A stretch of 64,000 nt of DNA from Atractiella rhizophila. Its lineage: Eukaryota. The stretch spans positions 1 through 64,000 of the forward strand of contig MU271291.1 in NCBI GenBank assembly GCA_021432655.1, given 5' to 3'. Position 1 is the first letter of the stretch. Each line of letters starts with the position of its first letter. The notes beneath the pieces were generated by a model, which worked only from the letters and a program-made list of their open reading frames with translations, was not told where the DNA came from and did no database searches. A program made the position numbers and the translations under genes. This document shows, piece by piece, positions 34,746 to 48,745 of the stretch.

Positions 34746-37214
34746 TTAAATGTTCCATGGCAGTCCAATACCCTCACCTATCAAACTCCAGTCCCTCAAT
34801 AACTGAACCATATCATCTTCCTCGCCCCCAGTTACGAATGTGACCTCCCTCAAACTCTCTGCCACTTGGGTATCGTTCCACGGTTGGAAAGGAACCTGAT
34901 CCACCTTGCATGTCGTGTAAGGCTCGGGGACGATGTCTTCCGTGAAATAGTTCTGGAGCACTTTGGCGGTACAATAGCTCGTCTGTCCAATTGCGCAATG
35001 TCCCCAGCCGTCAACTTGCTCCAGGAGGCGTGCGTTTGAACCAAGGCGATTCCATGCTCGTTTTGCGTGTAAGAGAGGGGTGACCTAGACAGTGGAATTC
35101 AGCTTAATATTAATAAACACATGTGCAGAGAGACAAACAGGGTCAAAGTGCTGAGAAGTTATGAGCATTGGCAGTTCCAAAGTGTTATTTGGCAAACCGA
35201 ATGGGCCAGGATATCTATTCGTTGATGCATTAACTGGCTGCAATGTATTGAGGAGAGCACAAACCGGTTCTGCCAGTCTATCTTCCACAAGTCACAATGA
35301 GCCGTGGTTTGAAACCCGTCTCCCATTCTGCTCGAATACTTCTCCAACGTCTTGAGAAGGTAATCCGCAAATTCCTCCGTTGTTGGAGGAGGCCGTTCTT
35401 CGTCGTATGGTCGGGAATCCGCACACACAACGCAATTCCTGAGAACGAGTTCAGGTTTAGAAGGTGCCTAGGCAACATCGAATGAAAAGCCGCACCCAGC
35501 AAATACGCTTCTACCCGGCATCGTTGTTGCATTCGCAAGAGTAACGTTAGCCGGTAGACCCGAGTGAAACATGTCCACAAGCTCTTTCAACGGTTCTTCC
35601 TTCTCCTTTGGAAACAGGGCTTTCTCCAATGCCTCTGAGAAGGATTTCCACTGAGATGTTCTGTAGGTGATCTGGAAGTACGCCTGACGAATATGACCGG
35701 CGCGGTAGATCAATGAAGGGATGTTTTTGGAGCTAGAAGGTTGTGGAGAGAGGTAAAGAGAATCGATGAGCGCATCCATTGCTTCCAAAAGGTCGGAAGC
35801 CTTCGAGAAATGTGCAGCCAAGGGACAAAGCGAAGGTCCATTTGAGAGGCAGGATTCAGCAAAAGAGTATAAAACTACAGACAAGTTAGAATAGATTTGA
35901 GCAAGCAAAACTACAGAAGAAACGAACCATTGTCAATATCGTCCAAACCGTCAGCCATCTCCTCTATTCCATAATCGACCCAGAGATTAGGATCAACGAC
36001 ACCGTCGATGACGACGTGACCGATACGTGAAGGTTCGAGCAATTGCACGAGGTATTGGCCTATTATCGTCCCGTAACTGCCTTCATGTCAGCCTGTTCCA
36101 AATTGTCGGAGTTGCAAGGCAAGGTACCTAAACCCCCAAAAGTTTCTGGAGACGCCATCAACACAAAAACAGCAGCAACAAAAGACAAGCATACACCTTC
36201 GCATCCTGACCACCGATAGCCCGAGCCATCCAGTCGATGTCCCTAACGACATCGGCTGTGCTGACATATTTGAGATAGTCGCCATGTTTCTCAATACATT
36301 TATTCGCAACTCCAATGAGGCTGGCACGGTAGATTCCCAACTGTGAATCAAGGTCGTGCGGTCGAAGGAGGGACAGATTGCTGGGAATGTCCAGACTAGA
36401 AGGTACAGCGATATTGTAGAGATACTGTTCGGCAAGGGTATCGAAGCAGCTTATGGCTGGTTTAGTCAAATTGATTCCTCGTGGATCAAAGCCTGTTCAT
36501 GGAAATGTGAGGCGGGTACGCCGCTCCAATGACCATGACAAACCAACGATATCGTATTGCCCTGCAGATCTGTCAGCGCATGTCAAGCTGCGAAAATAAC
36601 ATACCTTTCAACACTCTCCATATCGCAGGTCCCCTCACACCTTTGTTCCGATGAGTACATTCTTTTAGAACATAAATCGATATCATTTGCGCACCTTGTA
36701 CTTGCGCAGTACCACTTCCACCTAAGAAGGGAGGTCAGTTCCGGCCGATGCTTCCTCAAATGTTCACTTTCCTGGACCTCCAGGATCTACAATAGGTTGA
36801 GTTATAATATTTGCAAAAGAAAACTTCTTAACTAAGAAAGAGAGCTCCTTTCCTCTCTCCTGTCTTCGCAGGAATCATGGACACGGCAATCTGATAGCTC
36901 CGTTCGTCTGTCAGATCGAAGTGGTTGAGCGGCACTGGTATCATAGAGCACAACAAGTTGGCTTCGTGTCTCGGAGAATCAAAACACGGTGTCCATATGG
37001 GTGGAAGAGGACGACCACTGTGCAATAGTTCCTTTGCGTCCTCTGACTTGGTTGTTGGGGCTCGGCACAAAAAGTGATAACTGTTGTATCCGAAATACAG
37101 CCACACGAATAGAGAAATAGCTAATATCTTCGTCAGAACGCTGGAGCCCTTGGATCGGTCACTGTTGTCGGAAACGCTGACAGGGTGTGGCATAGCGCGG
37201 ACTTTCTGCTCCAT
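34746..37214 (-). CDS. Membrane-anchored alpha/beta hydrolase, TAP (tripeptidyl aminopeptidase)-like
   Basis: N-terminal TM, CSMIPVPLNH, PGGPG, GFDPRGI, YVSTADVVRDIDW, nucleophile elbow F|SYGTIIG, VIDGVVDP and HFDP. Confidence 0.82.
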
Positions 37215-37418
37215 AGCTTAGCCCTGCAACCTCCTACGGCGATCAACGTTTGCCTGTCCTTTCCTGAGAAGACCAAAGGAAAACGCAAACGCGGCTTCGC
37301 TAGTCACAAGTGGTATAAATTCGAATTTGCAAATGTGTTTTTGAAATGAAGACCAGAACTTAACTTTAACTTCCCTTGTCTGCGGTTGTTATTCTAACAC
37401 ACCAGCCAACTGAACAAC

Positions 37419-40012
37419 ATGACTTCCTATCCAGCACTCCCAAATCCTCCTCCAGTAGACTTCAACATGTACCCCGGCATCAAAATTAAAGTGCGAAAAG
37501 AGTTGAAGGCTGCTCATACCTTGTGCAGTGAACGAGGACTCCATGTCGCCTCCCGATGGTTGGTTACTACCCCCACCTCTGTTGACGCTAATAAACATAC
37601 GCGTAAAGGGCGGCAGAACTCCTGATATCTATGGAAGATGAAGAGTCAAACCCCACACAACCATTAGCAAGTGCCGCCGACGAATTGCGTCCTCCTCTCG
37701 CACCCGACATATCCATGGAGGTTCTCGATCCAGACGCGTCTAATATTCAGAAAATTCCTCGCGAGACATCGCCTGAGGTGTCAGAAGATGGAGATACATC
37801 TATGATGGACGCAAGAGAGCTGACGGGGAAGTTTCTAATGAAAGATTTGGCAGAGTTTGAAGATGAGACTCGGAAGCGAGATGCTAGTATCCACATCATT
37901 CAAGTACCTGAAGGAAAAGCAGAAGATATCAATCTCAATCCCGTACTTCCGAAAAAGAGCAATCTGGGTCCAGACGAAGTAGAAAGAATATTGGAAGAGC
38001 AGGAGGAAGACTTTTACTTGCTTGGGAAGGCATATTTTGACGACAAGGAGTTTGAAAACGCTTCTCTCCTCCTTCGAGACTGTCATAGTGCGAAGTGCAT
38101 TTTTTTGCGTTGTTATTCGCGGTTTTTAGTAGGCCCACATGTCTTTCAGATGCATGCATTGACTTATATGGTACAGGCGCTAGAGAAGACGAGCCGGATC
38201 CAGCATGGACAATTATTTAGTCCAACTGACAGGAGCACAACGTTCCAACCCGAGATGATCGATATTATAGCCGACATTGACAAGAAACTAAACGATATGG
38301 CATTGCGAGCTCAGCGACCATGTGGCTTTCTGCTCTACTTGTATGTTCACCCTTGTTTTAAGATTACACGCCATCTAACTTAGCAGTGGGAAGAAAAGGG
38401 GTTGTCAGCGTTTGTTGTTCAAGAAGGAAAGACGCCATCGCGTGCCTCGTCAAGAGTGTGAATGCTTATTCCTACAATTGGTCAGCATGGGAGAAGCTTT
38501 GTGAGCTATACGCTTCCGCCCAAGAAGTATGCCTTCTGCTGCTTCCTTTCGTCGGCTACGTGCTGACAACAAAATAGTGTCATGAATTCCAGGCCGCGCT
38601 TCCGAATCCCACCCTTTGCGAGCCTTTTACAGTCTTTTACCAAATTCAAGCGACCATGGAGATTCACTCTGCTTCTGAATTACTGAGGCCGTTCCTAGTA
38701 GCCCTGATCAAATTATTCCCAAAAAGTAAAACCTTGGAAGGGATGAGCGCTCTGACAGCCTACCATTTGCGAGGTTAGCTCACATCATTCGAATCTTTGA
38801 TCTTGACTTAAAATGACTAGAATTCGAAATCGCTGCTGGCATATATCAGGACATCTTCAAATCTGACCCTTACCGGCTAGATGACGTAGACCTTTACTCC
38901 AACATCCTTTACATGATGGAGCAGAAAGGGAAGTTAGCACAACTTGCACGACAGTATTCAGAGATCGATGTTTCTCGACCAGAGACAAGTTGCCTCATTG
39001 GTTGGCAGCTCTTTCCAGTCCCCTTTGCACAAGAGCTAATTTAAATAAAGGCAACTACTTCTCAGCAACACACGACCACGCAGCTGCGAAGGATATGTTT
39101 ATGAATGCGCTCAAAATGGATCTCAACTACCTTTCTGCATGGACTCTCCTGGGACACGAGTTCATTGAACAGAAGAACAAAGCGGCCTGCGTAGAGGGCT
39201 ACCGGCGAGCCCTCTGTAGGACGTTTTTTTGAGGAAGGACAACCAGTTAATGGAATTCCAGGCACAAACTTGAAGGATTATCGTGCGTGGTTCGGCTTGG
39301 GACAGGAGTACATGGCCGACATGGCGCACCATGCTCTTTGGTATTTTAGTCGAGCAACAGCATCACGGTGCGTCGATTCTGCAGCTGATATGCTAAAATC
39401 CGATCGAGCGCTTGACAGACCGTACGATGTTCGAATGTGGCAGAATCTGGGTGAGGTGTATGCGAGGCTTGGGAGGTGTGGCTTTACTCTCCTTTCCCTA
39501 CGTCATCTAACTATTTCGTCAAGGCATCACGAAGCGATCCGGTGTTTCAAGCGGGCTCTCATATCCTGCGAACCTGGAGAGGTCCAAATGCCCATCAAAA
39601 TCGCCAAACTTTATGAGCAGTTGGGCGTGTACGAGGAAGCACTGAAGTTCCATAGTCTGGTCGCAGACATTGTGGATTTCGGGGTTTGTACGAAGCCGGA
39701 AAAACAGGAAGAGCACGTAGCTGCAGGCAGAGTCTTCATTGCCAAGTATGCCATTACGAAATGGCAACAGATGGGGTCTATACAGGCAAGAGAGCGAGCC
39801 AAAGTCCTGATTTTCAAGGCGATTAGGTATGCCACAGATCGAAATGTGAGTCTGCTACCATCATATAGCCAACTTTTTCACAATATCTGCAGGTGAGAGC
39901 TGAAGCACTAGCTCTTCAAAGACGGTATCCTGGCCTCCAGATTCCGTCTTTACATCCACATCCACTGCAACAACCTGGGCCAACGCCTGCCGCAACTGCG
40001 ACACCTTCCTGA
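37419..40012 (+). CDS. CDC23: Anaphase-promoting complex subunit Cdc23/APC8 (TPR)
   Basis: CSERGLHVASRW, YLLGKAYFDDKEF, DPYRLDDVDLYSNILY, RPETSCLIGNYFS, AWTLLGHEFIE and KDYRAWFGLGQ. Confidence 0.92.
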
Positions 40013-40355
40013 CGTCTTTTACTCGCTGCCCTTTTGCTTTTCTAGCAGTTTCTAAACCACAATACGTGTAAATACATGCTTGAGTGCGTCACACCTCTGG
40101 CCACAGATATTATTGCAAGGTATTTCAGAAGTATATACGGAAAAGATGCAACATTATCACGTGTGCTGTGGAGGTAATTGAGCGTACTTCTGGAACAGGT
40201 AATTAGCGCCCTCCGGGCACAGTCTCGCAATTTCGCAGGCAACCCCGAGTACGTTAACATTTCCTTTCTTCTCCTCCCAACCGACCTCATCAAAACCCCA
40301 TCAAACGTCTGTCTTTACGCCCAAAGCACCAGCGAACCCGCACTTTCTCTTGAAC

Positions 40356-41772
40356 ATGGCACGCGCGATGGCTATTCGTCGACGGCACTATCTTATTGGT
40401 CTTTCGCTCTTTCTTTTCCTCCTCGTCCAGGGAAGGAATTTTGGTTCGTCTTCTTCCCGCTCAGAGTTGAAGGAGCGGTACGAGGATGTGAGAGAGAATG
40501 GGCGATTCGAGAGGAGAGATTGGAGGGAACTCGTGGCGAGGCAAGATCCTACAGACCCAACTGGTGGTGGAGACAATGGAGGCGGAGTCCTTCCGGGAGG
40601 TGACACCACCACAGGCACGTCGACTTCGTCATCTACGTCAAGCAGCAGCACCAGTTCGACCACCTCTTCCGATACTAGCACCAGTACAACGACCTCTTCC
40701 AGCAGCTCGACTACTTCCTCGTCTACAGACACAAGCACGAAGACGAAGGAGAAAACTACCTCATTCTCTACTCCAGTAGTCACAGTCGTCGTGACTGAAA
40801 ATGGCTCTACCTTCTCCACGGGTGTTCCCGGGACTCCTGTACCGCAGGATGGTGAGGGTAATGGCGGTAAAGGTGGCGGTTCCTCTTCCAAGACCTGGAT
40901 CATCATTGGTGCCGTTGTTGGAGGCGTTGTGGTTCTCGCCGGCGCCCTCCTCCTCATATTCCGCTTGTCGCAAAAGCGATTCTCGAATTTAGATGACGAC
41001 GATGGCGGCGCGATCAAGTGGCCTGAGCTAATCCGCGACGGTGATTCGAGCACATTAAATCCTATGGTTGCTCGCAGACGAGAAGGGGCGGGAGTCGAGA
41101 TGAGTGAGGTTGGTAGCACGCGTAATAGCATGGAAGGAGATAGTTTACATGGTTCAAGCAAGGCGGGAGGTGCAATGGATCTGAGCAGGAACCAGAGCAC
41201 GATGTCTCATGGAACGATGGGTTACCCACCAAATCAAGGTGGGCAATATTACGACGATCCAAATCAACGTTTCTGTACGTCTTCCCCTCTTCTCTCAGAG
41301 TGGCTCTGATTGATGCGGTGCATGAACAGACGATCCCTATCTAGGTCCTGGCGGGGCACCACCAACGGGCTATCCAGCCCAAATCTACCGCAACGGTCCT
41401 TCCCCTCCGCCAGGACACCAACCCCATCCATCTTTGTCCCAACAACCGCAGTATATACCTCCTTCTAACACATCCTACGACGCCCACAACCCCTACGCGG
41501 GCACCGCCGAACCGTACGATCGAGCCGGCGCTGCCTCCCCGGCCAATTCGCAGCAAGGGTTTCAGTCCGCCAGAAGCTCTTTGGGCTTTAATCCAAACAT
41601 GCAACCTCAGTACGGAGGACCGGGTCAAGCACAGGCACATTATGGCGCTGGGGACGACGGATATCACGTTGAGCATTTGGGTGCGGCTCGAGATGGAAGG
41701 GCCAGTCCTGGACCCAATCAAGCGCTGGGAATGGGTACGACGGAAGGAAGGAAGACGCCTCAGTTGCGGTAA
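40356..41772 (+). CDS. Single-pass Ser/Thr-rich cell-surface protein (Mid2/Wsc-like sensor architecture)
   Basis: Signal-like hydrophobic N-terminus, LVARQ propeptide-like site, S/T-rich ectodomain, TM IIIGAVVGGVVVLAGALLLIF and a Pro/Gln/Tyr-rich cytosolic tail. Confidence 0.75.
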
Positions 41773-42463
41773 ACGACTCTTAGTGATGAGCTAGAGATTC
41801 CTTGATGGATGGAGTACAATTCCACGGACAAGGATTGTGTCAGTTCTAGTTTGTGTTATTCTAGTCGTGAAGTGCAGTGGCTTTCCCTGTCTGTTCATGA
41901 TGCTTGAAGTGGCACCCCAAGTTCAACTTCTCTCCTATAACGCCTTTCGTACTTCCGTTTTTTAACCTTTCGAGCAGAAAGCAGTATTCATAGTCGTTTT
42001 TATCCCCCCATCCCTCTACCTTTCTTCTAACCTATCCTACGGCTGCGTTTGCATTCATTAAAATAACTTTTACGTATAACCAATTAGCTGGTCTGTTCTG
42101 GCGATTTCAAAGTGTTAATAACATTTCTTGTCCAACGCTTGCAGCAGAGCGGCGACTAGACTTTTCGACCTACCCGCTAGTGGCCAGTATGCCATTCCTC
42201 TCAACCGTCACTTGCGTTCCCTTTGGCGCAACCGCTAGCCTATAGCCCTTCTTTTCTCCTGGCTTGACGGCTTGAGCCCTAGTCTTCTTCATCCCCTTCA
42301 TTCCTCTCGCCTCAAAAGCTATAGCCGGGTTTTCACGTTAGTGGTCGGAGGACATGTCATCCCGAATCTACGCCATTGCTTTACTAATCGCGACATAAAA
42401 CCATCGTGAGCTCAGGATGAGCTGGTAAGAGCCGCTCCTTATTAGTCTGGCAAAGAATTTGGA

Positions 42464-43936
42464 ATGGCATCGAGCAGAATTCTGGAAACTGTTGGAGGGG
42501 AGACTCTTGTTGTTGAGGCTGATAACACCATTCGATTGGGAGATGACACGATTGGGAAGGACGCGTTTCTCGGTATAGTGGAGGAAGGAGATGGTTCGTC
42601 ATTGCCTTTTGCGAATGCTGCTAACGAAATGTAAATATGTTGAAATTCTAGCCTTCAATCTGCTGTACTTGACGGATCCAAGCGATCTTTCCTCCATCGT
42701 GAGCAAGACGTTCTCCCCGAACGCGGCCTCTGAACCATCTCGCTTCGTTTCGGCCCCATCAGCAAAAGGGAAGGTGTTACAGATTGTTGTCAATCCCCAA
42801 GCAGGAGACCGTACTTCATCCTCATTTGTGGAAGTTACTCTTATCCCCCTCCTAAAGCGTCTCCGAGTGGCGTCCTCTCTACACACCACTGCTTCCGAAG
42901 GTGGTGGAGTGGATGTTGGTCGGTCTATCGCTGAGAAAGCAGAGAAGGAGACCGACATCCTACTCATTGGAGGGGACGGGACGACTTCTGAAGTGCTTAA
43001 CGGCCTTCAACTTGTTGAAAAAGAGAACAACTTCAACTTCAACATTCTCATCCTTCCCCGAGGCACATCGAACGCATACTATGCGTACCTATTCCCTCCT
43101 CCCCTCCCCACGACTGTGTCCCTCCTCCGGTACCTTCAATCTTTATCGCCTCTGTTTCCTTCCAGTGCACCTCAGCCGTTTCCGGTCATTCGAACCATTC
43201 TCGATGCATCCAACGAACAAACCATCTCACATGTTGTAGTTTCTACTGCCCTACATGCTTCCATCCTGCACGACTCCGAAGCTCTCCGCTCCACCATCCC
43301 TGGCGTGGAAAGATTCAAACAAGCAGCAATGCAGAATTGGGGACGGTTTTACTCCGGCTCGATCCAGTTGCTAGGGGAGGCTCGAATATGGGAAGGGGAC
43401 TGGCGTCCTCTTTCTTCTGAGGAGAAGACGATTAACGGACCATTCGTTTATGCCACTTCGGTGTTAGTCGATCGTCTAGAGCCTGCGTTCGTCATTGCTC
43501 CGCTCAGGAAGAGGGAGGAAGATGAAGGTACGCTGGACCTCATTGTCATGCGCCCATCCATCAGCAGGAATATCCAACAGCTTCTGGAGGTGGAGAAGAA
43601 GGAGGAAGCGGGGAAGAAGTATGGTGAGATCCTTATGGGAGTATTTGGGAAAGCTTATGAAGGCGGTAAACATATCGATATCACTCTACCCGAGGAGGGG
43701 ACGAGGGTTGTGGAGTATTTCAGGGCAGAAGGCTGGGAATGGATACCCGTGCGTTCACTCTCTGAGGAGTCCTGTATTTTCATTGATGATCTTGTGAATA
43801 GGATCCTAACTCGGAGGAAGAAAAAGATAGACTTGTATGTCTTGATGGAACGATTAAATCTATACCAAAAGGTGGCAAGGCAAGAATTTTGACTAAGGGA
43901 GAGAAGGAGCTGAACCAATATTATGTCTGGGCTTGA
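42464..43936 (+). CDS. Diacylglycerol/sphingosine kinase-family (DAGK_cat) protein
   Basis: IVVNPQAG, IGGDGTTSEVLNG and ILPRGTSNA motifs, with C-terminal VCLDG. The start is approximate. Confidence 0.8.
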
Positions 43937-45267
43937 GAGAATTGAAGTTTCACCTACAAAGAAACGACGAGCAAATAATCCTGTTATCATGTAATTTTAC
44001 TCCAACGAGGCGATTCTACCTTAATTAGGCGTGTCACAGTCTCAGCCACCATCAGGTGGCATTTCAGTTGCCAAACAATCACTACTGGGTGTTGAGTACA
44101 AATTCCACAACTGGACGCTATGCGCAGTCTCGGGTTGGGACAAGACTTTCGCGCTTTGCTATGAACAGCGCGTCGCGTAAGCCTCCTTGACGCAGGCGAC
44201 GTTGACCCTGCGAATTCTCTACTAGCTCTTGGCTTTGAGAGAACTTTCGAGTTGAGCTGACGGAATGAGCGTGTCCACGATCAGAATAAGTATGGCTGTA
44301 AACAGGACCAGCACACATCAGTCCATCGTTACTAGAACATCTTCTACAGTAATACTTAAACAATGATTGACACTTCAACGGTTCAGGAACCTGTAGATGC
44401 TAGTTAACGTTGTTATCTAAGCATTGTCTGCTGCCGCTGACTTGAAGGTTTGTGGCCATTTCAGACAGCGAGGATAGACGTTTATTACACCACTTAGACA
44501 GCTGACAGGAAGTACACCTGAGCTTGCATATTTTTGCACATGTTTGCATGTTGTTATTGACTGTCTTTGGAGCATATACAAGTGTCCAAGAAGTAGCTAA
44601 AAGTGGCCAAAAAGGAGTCTGACATGACTCTTTCCCAGATGTTCAAATGTTCAAATGCGAGTCCAAATGTCAATACATGTCAATGTGGACGGATTAGAAA
44701 GTGCAGATTTTAATTTTCAACATTTTAACATTCAACGCAGAGAGCGTGATTGTAATACAGAAGACAGAAGCCGAAACAGGACATCGTGTCACCACAGACA
44801 ACTTTCTTCAACTATGTGGATCCATTTGAATAATGCCTCATTGCACATATCTGCTCTTACGTTTCAAAAACTCACTCCGTGCCAGCAGTTGTAGATGGAA
44901 GGATTGACACCTTGACTCGAGTACTCCTCTCCGGTCAAGTTGACTAACTTCACCACAGATCCTTCAGTAATAATCAATACCTCCCGCTTGCTACGATATC
45001 CATAACAGTGAGTATGATGCGTTCAAATGTGTTGGCTGATCTGTAGTATTGAGACTACCGGAATATCCACAACAAGAGCGTGAATCACCAGAGTTATCAG
45101 CCAATCTCCCCTGATTCTCTGACCAGTAATTCACCTAAAACCGGAAATAGCGCAGGACAGGCTGTACAGGCAGCCCTTTATTTCTTTGCTCTATTTAAAA
45201 GCATGAAAGCTTTGGATCATTCAATTCAGATTGAAAAATAAAATAGAAGCCTGACCTCGAGGTGTCT

Positions 45268-46959
45268 ATGCGTTGGGTGTCGGGTATCACAACCTGTAGA
45301 TTCATAATCTCTCGTAGATCAATCTCCCAAGGGCCAACTTCTCACAATCGCAACATCCGTATCCCTGCTATCGATCATCAACAAAGGAAACCTATGTCGT
45401 CAGATTCCAGCAGTAAGTTGGACGTGCTGGTGATCGGCTTCGGAGCGGTGGGCATCCTGTATTCGTAAGTATTCTATATCAGAGTGATAAATCTGGGAGT
45501 CCTGAACATTCTGGATTTAGCTACCTCCTCGAGAAGTCGGGCAGAGCAAGAGTAACCGCGCTCGCACGGTCAAACTACAACCAAGCTTTAAGTACGCCGC
45601 AGGTTCTCTCTCGCTGTCTGTGTCCTTATATTTCTCCCTTCTATTCAGAGGACGGTGTCGATGTCTATTCTCTCAAGTTCGGCGATGAAAAGAACTGGCG
45701 TCCACACCGTCGTCAGTTCTCAATGATATTCATCCAAATTCGCTCACAAACAATACTTCCAAGTTTTCTCCGAATCCGCACCAGAAGGTGCTAGAGATAG
45801 AACCTACGATTGGCTGATCTGCTCCTCTAAAAATATTCCCGACCTGCTGCCAACAAGTGAAATTCTCAAGCCTTTCGTGACGAAGGAGCTTCCAGGGATG
45901 ATGAACAATATACTTCTCTTACAGTAAGTGTAAGTCACCTTGTTGACCGTCGCTGAAGAACAGGAAACATGACAGGAACGGCTTTGATATCGAGAGACCA
46001 GCGCAAAAGGCCTTTGGTGGGAACTGACACTTAATTATTAGCCATCGCTGATACGTTTGATGCAGAGGACCTCAATATATATAGTGCAGGTAAGAGTGGA
46101 ACTTTTTGCCTTCGCGAATCTAACGATAATTGTTAGGACTCTGGTGCGCAACCTTTGACATTCTTTTGGTTTGATTAAATCTTGATTAGGATAGCTTGCA
46201 ATCTCAAAGACGGAAGGGAGATCCACCACGCGGCACTCGAACGAAGTCGGTCTTTTTCTTTCTCGTTTTCATGTAACTGAGCAGAAACTTTCAGCTGTCT
46301 TTGGATACTACACTGATGATAACATGTCTCCAGCTCGCATGGAACAAGGCCGTCAGAAGATCACTGAGCTGATTGCAATTCTCACCAGCGTCGGCTCAAC
46401 GAGCGAATTATCGCCTGACGTGCACAAGGCACGCTTTGTCAAGAATCTGTGGAACGTCTCTTTCTCCCTCGCTTGTTGTATGACCCGCCTTCCTCTCCCT
46501 CAACTTGTGCATCCTTCACGCTTAAACATCTCGTTACCCATTGTCCGAGAGCTAATGAATGAGGCGATTGGTATCGCGAAAGCTATGGGTTTGCAGGATG
46601 AGGATTGGGATAAAGTCGCTGAAGAGACGCTGAACGTGAGTTGCTTTCAGGTTAGTGTGGCAGCGTTCGATAGTTTAGAACAGGTGACTTTGAAGAACGC
46701 TCAGGCAGCTCATGAGGATTTTAAACCTTCCACGCTTCTGGATCTGGAGAATGGACGACCAATGGAGATTGAAGTCATCATCGGTGAATCCTATCCACAC
46801 ATCATGTCATGTCCACTGATGAAAGTTGTTCTGACAGGTAATCTGGTGCGAAGGGCGGAAGAATTAAACGTCAAGTGTCCCAAGCTCTGGCTTGTGTATA
46901 CAGCCCTTAAAGTCAACCAGAATATCGCTTTACAGGCTCAAACTTTGAGAATTAGGTGA
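45268..46959 (+). CDS. Ketopantoate reductase (ApbA/PanE family)
   Basis: VIGFGAVG, ALARSNY, LLQ|NG, KNLWNVSF and KPSTLLDLENGRPMEIEVIIGNLVR. A second in-frame ATG lies at 45394. Confidence 0.88.
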
Positions 46960-47011
46960 TAGCAGCATCCCCGTTGTATTTTGCAATATAGCTCTGTACA
47001 TCCTGAAATGT

Positions 47012-48745
47012 CTACTGCCCAATAGATTGAGGATATCGAAATAAGTTTGTCGGATCAAACTTCTTTTTCAGCTTCTCGAGACGTTGAATATGGGGCTTGT
47101 AATACATTTCGTACGCCTCTTCCGGCGTCAGTTCGGAGTCGACGTAGCTACAGAGGTCAAATGAGCCTGAGCCTGCTATCCATCAGACGGAAGCGCTACT
47201 TACTTCACGTAGCCACCATATTGCCAATCGCTTGGTGCGTTATTCACAAATGCGCCATACATTCCTTCGATGAGGTCGAAAGCGTCGTCAGGAAGTGGAG
47301 GTAGGGCAGTAGGTGGATATCCAAAGAGTTGCCAGCCCACAAAGGTGCTACGAGAACCGAAAGATGTGCTGTCGAGACGAATGTCATTGATGGCAGATTG
47401 AGCACCTCCCCTATAGATTCGCTATAAGCGCAAACATACTGGCGCTTGCCTAGCCACGCACCAATTATCCATGCTCGCCTGCCAGACTAGGTCCGCCTTG
47501 TTGATGGATACGAGGTAATTAGTGAAGTTGTAAGCCTGTTCCTTTGATATTCTGCTGGAACCCTCAATTTCTAAACTCTTGTAGTACGCCGGGGCTTTGT
47601 AAAAGATGGGATCGCTGGAATTGAGAGAGGTTCCTGCTTGAAGGACCAAATTGTCGAGCCAGCTGACCTGCTGAATCGAAGAGGTGTTGCGGGGTGGAGG
47701 AAGACTATCCCATTGGCTGGCGAAGGATGCATTGAAATCTGCCACGGTACCAAACCACTGACCTACGACCTCTTCAGTATGAAGTTCACCAGATGAGATG
47801 AAGCCTTACCGAGATAGTCAAGCTGGATGGTGTCATTTGTGTGACCCTGGAAGAAACGGAAGTTGAGGCCAAGTTCTTTTGGGGCGGTTTCGATATAATC
47901 TTGAACACGCAACAGGGCTTCTGCAGCTTGAGTGGCGTTGACATCGAAGGTGACGAGAAAGTAGACATTGTCTTCAGGCATCGGCTCTGTGCTAAGTTCG
48001 AATTCCTGTTGCACCAATTAACAAACGAGGAATCCAATCAAGCATGACCTCACGGTGATGACGGCATATGAAGGAGCAGCACCCTTCAGTGCCCAGTAGA
48101 GGTCGGGATTCGACTTCGAGTTCGCTTTAACGATGCTTCCATCCGCCAAAACTGCCTCAAGTCCAACAATGTGATCCAAAGCAAGACCCCACAAGCGGGA
48201 ATAATATCCATATCCTCCTTCGCTATTGAAGAGAAATGAACGAAGAACGAGAGAATAAAGAGAAGAGTGTACCTGACGTGACCGCCTACTCCAACCGTTG
48301 GGCAAGTGCCGTGAGGCATGGCTCTCCCATTAGACGCTAAATTGAGTGCTAAATCGCCCAACAACATCCCAGGCCCAACCTTTGCCCGATTTCCCTCCTC
48401 CACGAACTCGTAACTCGACATGTTCTTCAGGTTCACGATCACATCACCGTCCAACGAGAAGGCCGCGTATGAATGACCTCCTGACAGGCTCGTGACACTC
48501 TTGTTGAATGATTTGGCACAGGTGAGCACCTCGGAGACCTCTCTGGCAGTAGAAGGATAGGAAATGACATCAGGTGTTTTGGTGAAACGATTGTTGTAAG
48601 GTATGGAGGCATTCGCGTATTCTGGGGAAGAAGGGAAGACTGCTGCCACACCAGCGCTATTGACGCAGGTCTCCAGGGATCTTGTCGCTACCGATGGAGC
48701 CGCACTCGCAAAGAGTGGGAGAAGGAAAAGAGAGAGAGTCGACAT
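47012..48745 (-). CDS. Secreted FAD-linked oxidoreductase, berberine-bridge-enzyme / AA7-like
   Basis: Signal peptide, SGGHSY (covalent FAD His), HGTCPTVGVGGH, DLYWALKGA, and C-terminal YVNYVD..KKKFDPTNLF. Confidence 0.9.

Noticed and set aside
40388..41200. 270-aa antisense ORF and other long shadow ORFs
   Set aside because: They are reverse complements of low-complexity or GC-rich coding exons and have no recognisable motifs.
43890..43913. TGA-CTA readthrough motif ending ORF 42591-43892
   Set aside because: It is in the intron-retained frame, and readthrough would add a short peptide ending RRS, which is not a PTS1.
44380..45260. AT-richer intergenic stretch with short aaatgttc-type repeats (possible TE relic)
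   Set aside because: There are no terminal repeats or transposase/RT motifs, and the CpG depletion is only mild.
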